Below are positions 7,651 to 15,632 of a stretch of 32,000 nt of DNA, in pieces; positions within the stretch are counted from its first letter, which is position 1; each line of letters begins with the position of its first letter. The stretch covers positions 60,001-92,000 of the forward strand of contig CP091279.1 in NCBI GenBank assembly GCA_021650915.1, given 5' to 3'. Position numbers and translations under genes: made by a program. The stretch is from Candidatus Brocadia sp. (GTDB taxonomy: Bacteria; Planctomycetota; Brocadiia; Brocadiales; Brocadiaceae). Below the pieces are notes generated by a model. The model was not told the DNA's origin. It made no database searches and saw only the letters and a list, made by a program, of their open reading frames with translations.

Positions 7651-8226
7651 GTGACAGCGATTATTCTGGCGGGGGGAAAAAGCCGGAGGATGGGTTTTAA
7701 TAAGGCGCTTCTTTCGTATGACAAGAAGACGTTCATCGAGCATCAGATTGCCCGACTGAAAACCATCTTTGACGAAATCATCATTTCTGCTAATGATGCC
7801 GCCGTCTATGCCCATCTGAATTTGCCCATTGTGTCCGATATCATGCCTGAAAAAGGGCCGCTCAGCGGTATCTGTGCCGGATTGATCCGCTCTTCAAGCC
7901 ACCACGCCTTTGTGGTCGCCTGTGATATGCCCTTTGTGCAAGAAAAGGCAATTCTCTGCCTCAGGGAACATATCGGCGACTACGATGTCGTTGTGCCACA
8001 GACCAGCCGCGGGCTGGAACCCCTCCATGCCTTTTACTCCCGAAATTGCATTCAGCCGATCCGCCAATGCCTTGATGAGGGGAAATTGCGTATCATCGAT
8101 TTTTTTCCCATGGTGAAGGCAAGGATCATTCATGAGCAGGAATGGAAAGAACTCGACGGGTCCACGTTGTCCGTAACAAACCTGAATACCCCCGAAGAAT
8201 ACCAGAAATACTTCGGTCATACCTGA
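7651..8226 (+). CDS. mobA: Molybdenum cofactor guanylyltransferase
   Basis: VTAIILAGGKSRRMGFNKALL is the MobA N-terminal nucleotide-binding motif. A GTG start at 7651 is preceded by GGAGG at 7635-7639. The ORF track starts at a TTG at 7615. Confidence 0.85.
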   Translation: MTAIILAGGKSRRMGFNKALLSYDKKTFIEHQIARLKTIFDEIIISANDAAVYAHLNLPIVSDIMPEKGPLSGICAGLIRSSSHHAFVVACDMPFVQEKAILCLREHIGDYDVVVPQTSRGLEPLHAFYSRNCIQPIRQCLDEGKLRIIDFFPMVKARIIHEQEWKELDGSTLSVTNLNTPEEYQKYFGHT

Positions 8227-8428
8227 TGCTTATGCCGATTTGCCCTGCACCCTGCTGCCGAAAGCAAGACGGCATGCAGTTTTTTGCGATACTTTTTGCG
8301 ATGAGGAAGCCTTGAACGTAAAACAAGCAGAGAAAATTCCCAAACAGGCTGAATCCCTGGGTTTCAAGTTAAAGGTATCGGCGGTGTTTCGCTGGCCATT
8401 CGTTTAAAAGTACCCGCAGCAGACCATC

Positions 8429-8456
8429 TTGACAATATCAAACAACGTGATATAGT
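8429..8456 (+). promoter_or_regulatory. Near-consensus sigma-70-type promoter
   Basis: TTGACA at 8429-8434, a 16-nt spacer, then TATAGT at 8451-8456. It fires toward repeat A/B and the CARDB-like gene at 9132. There is no experimental support. Confidence 0.4.
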
Positions 8457-8572
8457 AAGGTTAAAAGAGAGTGAAATAATTTGGCAGCAATTGAGCTTTT
8501 TGAAAATTTCTCGTATCTATTCAGCGTGCTTTCGCTCACCATCGCTACGAGTAAACAAAATAGCGCTTCTTT

Positions 8573-8941
8573 AATCCCGAAGGGGTGACATGATTATAGC
8601 ATAACGCAGCACAGCCGCAACCAATTCCCCCTTGTGAAAGCGGGAGATTGCTTCGGAAAAGGCCCTCGCAATGACAGTGATCATGCACTTTGATGGCACA
8701 CTGCACGTTGTCACTGCGAGTGAAGCGAAGCAATCTTTCACTCATAAAAAACGGTGACTCCTGAAAGGGGTTTGTGAAAAAACTTACAAAAAAAGAAGTT
8801 TTTATACAGTAATACTATATCGTTATGCGATTATGGCCAACCCTGGGGTGACATAGTATCGCTATTTTCCCGATATTTCACCCTTACGGGATTGAATAGG
8901 GCGGTGCGCTTTTTCTATAATCATGTCATCCCTTCGGGATT
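8573..8941. mobile_element. MITE-like element, family A, copy 2, carrying a nested family-B insertion
   Basis: TIRs at 8573-8599 and 8915-8941. The region after the insertion (8821-8941) aligns with copy 1. Copy 1 reads TATAGC-CTGTT-GTTATGC where copy 2 reads TATAGC-[about 220 bp]-GTTATGC. Confidence 0.75.
8600..8820 (+). repeat. Repeat family B, copy 1 (about 220 bp, nested in MITE A)
   Basis: Roughly 90% identical by eye to 9600-9820. It contains the long imperfect palindrome GATTGCTTCG...CTCGCAATGA (8646-8674) against TCACTGCGAG...CGAAGCAATC (8711-8735), and the hairpin AAAACTT-ACAAAAAAAG-AAGTTTT. Confidence 0.8.
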
Positions 8942-9131
8942 TTTCAAAAAACTAAAGTGTCGCGTAATTCGTATTCTCTTACCGGAACCGCCATTTTTTA
9001 ATGAAAGACGCCTATGCACCGGCACAAAAAATGATAGCGCGTGATGTGTCCATTGCCGTGAGCAGGATTGCCTTGCATTCTATTGAATAAACATCATACA
9101 AACATTTTTTTCTGAGGAGGAAGAGGTCATT

Positions 9132-9584
9132 ATGAAGGTGAATGGTTTTACAAAAGATGAGAAAATAATTTGCCTATTTATTCTTTTCATGGGAATACTG
9201 CACCCAATGAAAACAGTATATAGCAACTCATCCGCAGAAAAGAAAAAGGCGGAAACGCCAATAACCGGGGTAACCATCGTGTCGCTGGATGCGCCGCTGC
9301 GGGCTTCTATTGGAAGGAAGGTCAATATTGAAGTCGTTATTGGTAATGAAAGGGCAACAAAGGCGACGACCATTCTGACGGTAACGTGCCCAACAACAAA
9401 ACAGCAAATTGGCAGAGAAGCCGAAACACTTGCAAGTCTGTCTTCCCAGAAAATTACCTATAGCTGGAATACCGATGGATTAAAAGAAGGTACCTATGTG
9501 ATCAGGGCTGAATTGGAAAAGTTGCCAGACGAGACCGTGCTGGATGATAACGTACGGCAGATAGAAATACTCATGCAACGGTAG
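9132..9584 (+). CDS. Secreted CARDB-like (Ig-fold) domain protein
   Basis: 150 aa with a strong RBS (GAGGAGGAAGAGG) and an N-terminal hydrophobic segment (IICLFILFMGIL). The body resembles a CARDB domain: VTIVSLDAP...GRKVNIEVVIGNERATKA...TYSWNTDGLKEGTYVIRAELE...DDNVRQIEI. Confidence 0.6.
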   Translation: MKVNGFTKDEKIICLFILFMGILHPMKTVYSNSSAEKKKAETPITGVTIVSLDAPLRASIGRKVNIEVVIGNERATKATTILTVTCPTTKQQIGREAETLASLSSQKITYSWNTDGLKEGTYVIRAELEKLPDETVLDDNVRQIEILMQR

Positions 9585-9599
9585 GCAGCGTTACCATTC

Positions 9600-9820
9600 A
9601 TAGCGCGACACAGCCGCAACCAAATTTCCTTTATGAAAGCGGGGAGATTGCTTCGGAAAAGGCCCTCGCAATGACAGCGACCATGCACTTTGATGGCACA
9701 CTGCACGTTATCATTGCGAGTGAAGCGAAGCAATCTTTCACTCATAAAAAACGGCACCTCCTGAAAGGGGTTTGTGAAAAAACTTACAAAAAAAGAAGTT
9801 TTTACGCAGTAATATTATAT
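9600..9820 (+). repeat. Repeat family B, copy 2
   Basis: A direct repeat of 8600-8820. The right ends (8820 and 9820) are 1000 bp apart. It abuts repeat C copy 1. Confidence 0.8.
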
Positions 9821-9934
9821 ACTCAAGATGCTCATAAAATGTGAATTTTAAGTTGGTAATAAGGTGGCATGGACAAACTCTGTTTGTCCGTGTTGAACTA
9901 CTATAAATCACAAATTGTGAACCTGTGGAGTATA
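9818..9934 (+). repeat. Repeat family C, copy 1 (about 117 bp, MITE-like)
   Basis: TATACTCAAGATGCTCATAAAATGTGAATTTTAA...GGACAAACTCTGTTTGTCC...CTGTGGAGTATA. It has short inverted termini (TATACTC/GAGTATA) and an inner 8-bp hairpin. Copies lie at 19020-19137 and 30656-30772 in the same orientation. Confidence 0.8.
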
Positions 9935-10215
9935 CGTGCAGTAAACCACGACCAGGTCTCCGCGGTGAAGAGGGTTATTTATCAGAAGACTCGTAAGGCA
10001 GGAAGCTTTTTCGCAGCACTATTATAAAGGGAATTCTTGTCGATTTACGGGATTGTCTGTCTGCGTTCCTCTGGTTAAAAAGGCACGGCTCTGTAGCGTT
10101 TGTTAATTGTTTGGTAGAGTAGAAAAGAGAGACTTGGTTAAAGAAAAAGCCCTCCAAATATGGTAAAAAATAGTTTTGATACAAGAAACTAAACCATAAA
10201 GAGAAGGAGGGCTAT

Positions 10216-10818
10216 ATGGGAGCAACCCCATGCACAGATGGTATCACAATAGAATTTGGTTGTCAAATTCGGGTTGAATTAAAGGACGGCAGCCTGGAGT
10301 CGATTCTCAAGGCATTTTGCAAGATACTGCCGGAGATATTAAGGGATTTTATTCAGAAGATCGTGGTTGGTTTTGGTGAGAGTGCGATGGCGCAATCACG
10401 GAAGCCATTTTGCTGCGACGAATGTGGGAATGACAAGGAGTTTATCTGGAAGACGAGGCATGGAAAAGAGACGAAGATACTGACGGTCTTTCAGTGGTTG
10501 AGATTAGAGCAGTTGCAGGTGCAGTGCAAGAGGTGCGGTCATAAGATGTATATAGTCGCTGCATATTGTCGTGATGTTGGACTTGTGCTCCGGGAACTGC
10601 GACGCGTATGTAAACCAGAAGCTCATATGTGTTGGGTCATCGGAGACTCTGCACCCTGCGGTGTTTATTGCCCTACCGAAGAATGGATTGCTAAAATGGC
10701 AACAGCATCCGGATTTGAACGATATCATTTCGATAAACTTCGGGATCGAAATATGAAGTGGAAGAATCGCAAACACCGTGTCCCTCTTAAAGAGGGTCTG
10801 CTTTGGATTGAGGGTTAA
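10216..10818 (+). pseudogene. Chimeric ORF: IS transposase N-terminal fragment (two CxxC zinc-finger pairs) fused to the C-terminal tail of a SAM-dependent (probably DNA) methyltransferase
   Basis: The N-terminal part (FCCDECGNDKEF...VQCKRCGHKMYI) resembles the zinc-ribbon N-terminus of ISKra4-like transposases. I recall that family only loosely. From about 10555, YCRDVGLVLRELRRVCKPEAHMCWVIGDS...GFE...LKEGLLWIE resembles the end of a methyltransferase. Neither part is full length. Confidence 0.5.
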
Positions 10819-10820
10819 GT

Positions 10821-11389
10821 ATGGCAGTGCCGCTTGCACACAAATTCGGTCAGATAATCGGAAACGTCCTTGAAAATGCCATAACACCGACCCTTCGCAC
10901 CTTTGCAGACAAACAGGCTTGTACTTAGACATAAAATGGCCACGAACTGCACGAGTGGGGAAGAAAGTCACGTGGAAGGATGTAAACGGCAATGCACATG
11001 ATTTGGACTTTGTACTCGAACGAAGCGGTACGGATGAAACTATTGGTGTGCCTGTTGCTTTTATTGAGACCGCTTGGCGGCGTTACACGAGGCACTCCCG
11101 CAATAAGGCTCAGGAAATTCAAGGAGCAATTCAGGTTCTGTTTTTAACCCACAAACATGGTTGCCCGTTCATCGGTGCGATTCTCGCAGGCGAGTTCACG
11201 ACTGGCGCGCTGAATCAGCTGAAATCCCTCGGCTTTCATGTGCTCTATTTCCCCTATGACTCAATTGTTCAGGCGTTCAAATCTGCTGGAGTTAATGCGG
11301 ATTTCGACGAGGATACTCCAGAAAAGGACTTTCGCAGCAAACTTCGCAGTTGGAATGCGAGCAACAAGGCGTTGCTGATAAACCTCTGA
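10821..11389 (+). pseudogene. Frameshifted restriction-endonuclease-like gene
   Basis: ATG at 10821, 2 nt after the methyltransferase-tail stop, opens MAVPLAHKFGQIIGNVLENAITPTLRTFADKQ and hits TAG at 10926-10928. The sequence continues in another frame from about 10916 as GLYLDIKWPRTARVGKKVTWKDVNGNAHDLDFVLERSG...AFIETAWRRYTRHSRNKAQE. The nuclease assignment rests on the context and the D...D/ExK-like DLDFVLER motif, not on a recognised family. Confidence 0.5.
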
Positions 11390-11391
11390 AA

Positions 11392-11826
11392 ATGCATTAT
11401 CAAGATGTAGATGCCTTTATTGGTGCGCTTGAGCTATCAGCATCTCGGTGGCTTGATAAGATTATTGGTAACACTTTAGTTTTTTGAAAAAGTAGGGGCG
11501 AAGCATTTGCCTGCTTGGGGTGTGAATACATTTATATCAATTTATGGCAAATGCTTCGCCCTTACACCGTGCGGTAACATTGTTATTATTGTAATTTTTC
11601 AAAAAACTAAAGTGTTACGATTATGGTTATTCCGTTACATGGCAAAGAGACAGAGTGCTCTTCGGCTGACGAAGCAATTTCCTTCCTTTCCACCTACAAA
11701 TCAAACGGTGTTCAAGGTAAAGTATACAAATACGAGATTAATGTTCTTTACAATAATGGTGATCGTATCACGGCTGAATTCACAACGAAGGAGGCTGTCG
11801 TGGAATTTCTAACTCGGTACAGATAA
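11392..11826 (+). pseudogene. Small ORF (reconstructed 91 aa) interrupted by MITE D; the distal 67-aa part (11623-11826) remains open
   Basis: The 5' part MHYQDVDAFIGALELSASRWLDKI (from 11392) and the 67-aa ORF at 11623 are both in frame 1. Removing 11460-11618 (159 nt, covering the MITE and one duplication copy) joins them seamlessly. Confidence 0.55.
11469..11617. mobile_element. MITE-like element, family D
   Basis: Perfect 23-bp TIRs: TAACACTTTAGTTTTTTGAAAAA at 11469-11491 and its reverse complement at 11595-11617. An inner hairpin pairs GTAGGGGCGAAGCATTTGCC with GGCAAATGCTTCGCCCTTAC. Flanking near-duplicates are GATTATTGG (11460-11468) and GATTATGG (11619-11626). Confidence 0.8.
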
Positions 11827-11881
11827 GCCTCTAAGCGCCTAATATCCAGTTGCCCGCTTGATCCAATCTCTGAAAAACAGG

Positions 11882-12364
11882 CTAAGATTTATCCTTTTTA
11901 TGCACCTGCGTGACCAGGAAATTCTGAATCCCCATGTCCTTGATTTGCTGGAGGTATGCCTCCAGGTCATTCGCATGCCGTTCCTCGTCAAGGAGGATGT
12001 GTTCAAGCAACTCACGTGAGCCACCATCGGCTTCATCAATGCATAGTTTGATAGCCCTTTGAAGCCTGTGTATGGCAACCTTTTCGAGTCCGTAGTCATT
12101 CTCGGTTTGTTCTTTTACCGCAGACCCCACACTGATTTTATCAAGCTTGGTGATAACGGGGATGCCTTCTAAATACAAAATACGTTCAATCAGATTTTCC
12201 GCATGTTTCATCTCTTCTATAGCCCTTTTTTCGGTGTCTTCGTACAGAAGTAGATATCCCCAGTTTTCGCACATCTTGGCGTGGATAAAATATTGATTAA
12301 TCGCTGTAATTTCCGCCGTCAGCACCTCATTGAGCACTTCAATAACCTTTGCGTTTCCTTTCAT
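11882..12364 (-). CDS. bfr: Bacterioferritin
   Basis: 160 aa. [37 protein letters not shown] and [18 protein letters not shown] match the Bfr di-iron and heme-Met pattern. Confidence 0.9.
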   Translation of the reverse strand: MKGNAKVIEVLNEVLTAEITAINQYFIHAKMCENWGYLLLYEDTEKRAIEEMKHAENLIERILYLEGIPVITKLDKISVGSAVKEQTENDYGLEKVAIHRLQRAIKLCIDEADGGSRELLEHILLDEERHANDLEAYLQQIKDMGIQNFLVTQVHKKDKS

Positions 12365-12805
12365 AACATAAGCCTCCTCGCAATTAAGAAATAGTTATCA
12401 GGCATGAAACAGACCCTGGCGCTTATTTACCAGGGGGAACGAGAGCACACGATTTCCCCTGGCGTACTTGCAACAGGAAGGGAAATGGCATGTTCCTTTT
12501 GGTCGCTGTTGTGTCTCATGTGAAAGAGAGAAGATTTCACGCTATCTTCTGATTACAAATTAATAACACATTATAATGTACTCCGCATCAATTGCAAAGC
12601 AGATTTTCTTTTCTCGCGGAGAAAAAAAATTGACTTTAATTAAATTATGTAATAATCTAAGGGGTGTGTATCGCTTTGCCTCCTTGAAGAAAGCGCCCGC
12701 ACGGGCTATATCGTAGTACGATCTCATGGATTGTCGAGGAGGTCGCAAAAAACTTACCTGAAAAAAGAAGTTTTTTTCCAGAAGAAACAGAGAGAAGGGC
12801 AGAAT

Positions 12806-14047
12806 ATGGGACTTATTGTACAAAAATTTGGCGGCACCTCGGTTGCAAATGCAGAACGCATCAAGGCTGCTGCAAAACGGATTGTTGAGACGTATAAGGC
12901 GGGGAATCAGGTCATTGTGGTAGTCTCGGCAAGGGGCCAAACGACGGATGAATTGATTGACCTTGCCCGTGAAATAACCGACACCCCATCGACGCGGGAG
13001 ATGGACATGCTCATGTCTACCGGCGAACAGATTTCCATTGCCCTTGTGGCTATGGCGATCCATGCCCTTGGGTATCCTGCGGTCTCTTTCACCGGCGGAC
13101 AGGTGGGCATCGTTACGGACAGCTATCATACCAAGGCGCGCATTAGAAACATCAGTACGGACCGTATAAAAAAGGAAGTAGATAACGGCACGATCGTTAT
13201 TGTTGCCGGGTTCCAGGGGATTGATGCAAATGAAAATATTACCACCCTTGGACGGGGTGGTTCGGATACCACAGCCGTGGCCCTGGCCGCGATTATGAAA
13301 GCAGACCGGTGTGATATTTTTACCGATGTGGATGGAATTTATACGGCCGACCCACGAAAGGTTCCTCATGCACGCAAGCTTGATAAGGTATCGTACGACG
13401 AGATCCTGGAACTGGCGAGCCTGGGCGCGCAGGTGATGCATTCCCGTTCTATTGAATTTGCAAAAAAATATGACGTTCCGCTGTATGTCTGTTCGAGTTT
13501 CAACAACAAAGAAGGGACGTTGATTTGTAAGGAGGCGAAAGAGATGGAAGATATTGTGGTAAGTGGTGTGGCGGTAAGCAAGGATGACGCAAAGATTACG
13601 ATCCGGGCAGTACCGGATGTCCCTGGCCAGGCAGCCAAGATTTTTCATGAGATTGCCAAGAGAAATATTAACGTCGACATGATTATCCAGAATGCCAGTA
13701 TTGAGGGCCGGGCGGATGTGACGTTTACCGTGCCCCGGAGCGATTTGCGGGAGGCATTGAATGTTGCGGAGAAGATCAGGAAAGATCTCGGGGCGAAGGA
13801 GGTGCTGCACGACAGCAAGATCGCAAAACTTTCAGTTGTGGGCATTGGCATGCGGAGCCACTGTGGTGTGGCGGAAAAGATGTTTAGCGTACTGGCAATG
13901 GAAAAGATCAATATCCAGATGATCAGCACCTCAGAGATCAAGATTTCCTGCGTCATCGATGAAGCGCATGCAGACCGCGCCTTACGGACGGTTCATACCG
14001 CCTTCGGGCTGGATAAAGTGGAAAAAGAAGAGGTTGTGAAAGTGTAA
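12806..14047 (+). CDS. lysC: Aspartate kinase (monofunctional, with two C-terminal ACT domains)
   Basis: MGLIVQKFGGTSVANAERI, VVVSARGQTTDELI and TLGRGGSDTTAVALA are diagnostic. I place the start at ATG 12806. The ORF-track extension from 12731 has no homology. Confidence 0.93.
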   Translation: MGLIVQKFGGTSVANAERIKAAAKRIVETYKAGNQVIVVVSARGQTTDELIDLAREITDTPSTREMDMLMSTGEQISIALVAMAIHALGYPAVSFTGGQVGIVTDSYHTKARIRNISTDRIKKEVDNGTIVIVAGFQGIDANENITTLGRGGSDTTAVALAAIMKADRCDIFTDVDGIYTADPRKVPHARKLDKVSYDEILELASLGAQVMHSRSIEFAKKYDVPLYVCSSFNNKEGTLICKEAKEMEDIVVSGVAVSKDDAKITIRAVPDVPGQAAKIFHEIAKRNINVDMIIQNASIEGRADVTFTVPRSDLREALNVAEKIRKDLGAKEVLHDSKIAKLSVVGIGMRSHCGVAEKMFSVLAMEKINIQMISTSEIKISCVIDEAHADRALRTVHTAFGLDKVEKEEVVKV

Positions 14048-14070
14048 AACGGGGTTTTTGTGGAGAAACA

Positions 14071-14499
14071 ATGAAAATGGAAAAAGCGCGTTATTTCTTC
14101 GTCGTCCTTCTCTCCGCACTCTTCATAACAAGTGCCTGTGCTACGAAAAAGCCCGTCCTTTATCCCAATGATTACTTTAATAAGGTCGGACGCGACGCCG
14201 CTGACAAAGATGTTAATGACTGCACTCGGCTTGCAAAAGAACATGTTGGCAAATACGGACGTGAAAAAAGGATTGCTGAACAGACTGCCATGGGTGCGGC
14301 TGTAGGTGCCGCGACAGGCGCTGCTGCAGGGGCGGTGAGAGGAAACGTCGGCATGGGTGCCGCAACGGGGGCGGCTGCTGGCGCTGCTGGCGGGCTTATC
14401 TTTAGCTTATTTAAGGCCAGAGATCCCGACCCTGTGCTCAAACAGTATATTGAGAAGTGCCTGAGTGAAAAGGGATACGAAGTTATTGGCTGGAAATAG
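14071..14499 (+). CDS. Glycine-zipper lipoprotein
   Basis: Signal peptide with a lipobox (LFITSAC). The Gly/Ala zipper GAAVGAATGAAAGAVRGNVGMGAATGAAAGAAGG is present. RBS GGAGA lies upstream. Confidence 0.75.
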   Translation: MKMEKARYFFVVLLSALFITSACATKKPVLYPNDYFNKVGRDAADKDVNDCTRLAKEHVGKYGREKRIAEQTAMGAAVGAATGAAAGAVRGNVGMGAATGAAAGAAGGLIFSLFKARDPDPVLKQYIEKCLSEKGYEVIGWK

Positions 14500-14596
14500 G
14501 ATGAACTTTCTTATCGCGTGCGCAATCGTTTTTTTGTTGATTTTTATGCCGGGATCGTGAGTTGTATCAGCTTCCGGAGATTTTTTATCATGGGGC

Positions 14597-15328
14597 ATGA
14601 TTATGAAAAAGCAATATAGTGCAATAATGCTGGTAGTGATGCTGACGGTTGGCACGGCGTATGGCGGGTTTCTCAGCGACCTTTTTAAAAAAGGGGGCAC
14701 CGCTGCTTCAAAGGTCAAACTTGATGAAAGCACGGTCACGGCGGGGATAAAGGAGGCGCTCTCCCTTGCAACAGATAAAACGGTGACTTCTCTATCCTCT
14801 CTCGATGGTTATTTTGCCAATAAGTCGGTTAAGATTGTGATGCCTGAAAAGATCCAGAAGGTTGCTGATACCTTGGGGAAATTTGGATTCCAGAGGCAGG
14901 TTGACGACTTTGTCCTGAGCATGAACCGCGCAGCGGAAAAGGCGGCACCGGTCGCCAGAGAACATTTCGTTGATGCGATAAAACAGATGACAGTCAAAGA
15001 TGCCAGGAAGATATTAGAAGGTGGAGACACGGCGGCTACTGATTTTTTCAGGGAGAAAACGTACAATAAACTCTACGATTCATTCAAACCAACGATTTCC
15101 GACTCCATGGACCATGTGGGGGTTACCAATTATTATAAGGATATGATGGGTAAATTTACGGCGATTCCTTTTATGAACGCCGCATCCGTTGATCTGGATG
15201 ATTATGTGACAAACGAGGCTCTTGACGGGCTTTTTCACATGGTCGGTGAGGAAGAAAAGAAGATCAGAAAAGATCCCGCGGCGCGGGTAACAGACCTCCT
15301 GAAAGAGGTGTTTGGTGGAGCAACGTAA
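14597..15328 (+). CDS. DUF4197-family periplasmic protein
   Basis: 243 aa with an N-terminal signal sequence. GIKEALSLATDKTVTSLS...DGYFAN..VKI.MPE is the pattern I associate with DUF4197. Confidence 0.65.
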   Translation: MIMKKQYSAIMLVVMLTVGTAYGGFLSDLFKKGGTAASKVKLDESTVTAGIKEALSLATDKTVTSLSSLDGYFANKSVKIVMPEKIQKVADTLGKFGFQRQVDDFVLSMNRAAEKAAPVAREHFVDAIKQMTVKDARKILEGGDTAATDFFREKTYNKLYDSFKPTISDSMDHVGVTNYYKDMMGKFTAIPFMNAASVDLDDYVTNEALDGLFHMVGEEEKKIRKDPAARVTDLLKEVFGGAT

Positions 15329-15490
15329 GGGTCTCAGGCCATAGCAGGTTGTCCGGGAAGGTGTCCGGCAAAAAAGGTGGGACACGATAAATCCCGAAGG
15401 GGGACTAAGAGGTGTGTGTAAAATGCTGAAACACCCCCCAACCCTTCTTTTTAATGGAAAGACAAAAAGTTGCTGCCGAAGACAGACTGA

Positions 15491-15513
15491 TTAAAAAAGC
15501 AGGTTGCCTGCTG
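15491..15513 (-). terminator. Candidate intrinsic terminator downstream of the RND permease gene
   Basis: The minus strand reads AGCAGG-CAA-CCTGCT followed by TTTTTAA. It lies about 120 nt after the stop at 15633. The stem is short (6 bp). Confidence 0.4.
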
Positions 15514-15632
15514 ACAACCACTCCAGAAGATTTCTCGCCTTTGTCCTTTTTGCATGCCCTCTTTTCCTCCTGCGGTTTGTTTCATCGGGGGGGTTGATAA
15601 AGTGCGCCAAAACAGGCAATTTTTATCTCGAA

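Noticed and set aside
8226-8413. Small Cys-rich ORF overlapping the mobA stop (TGATG). It is 29 codons as written, or about 57-62 codons if the T6 run at 8280-8285 is shifted by one
   Set aside because: The translational-coupling geometry and the C-x3-C pairs are suggestive. However, the longer product needs an assumed homopolymer error, and I cannot match it to YHS, TRASH or any other family.
8545-8745. 66-aa ORF (and its twin at 9494-9757) containing LLRFTR.DNVQCAIKVH..CHCEGLFRSNL
   Set aside because: Both are translations of repeat family B. The similarity reflects the DNA repeat and its palindrome, not a conserved protein.
12365-12805. Lysine riboswitch (L-box) upstream of lysC, and a Fur box upstream of bfr
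   Set aside because: I found no L-box core elements such as the AGAGGCGC or GCCGAAGG-type segments. The best Fur-box-like stretch matches the consensus poorly. TTGACT (12630-12635) and AATAAT (12651-12656) with a 15-nt spacer may be a promoter, but that call is weak.
12560-13810. 416-aa ORF on the minus strand
   Set aside because: It is entirely antisense to lysC, whose product is unmistakably aspartate kinase. The antisense translation has no recognisable motifs and a biased composition. It is a shadow ORF.
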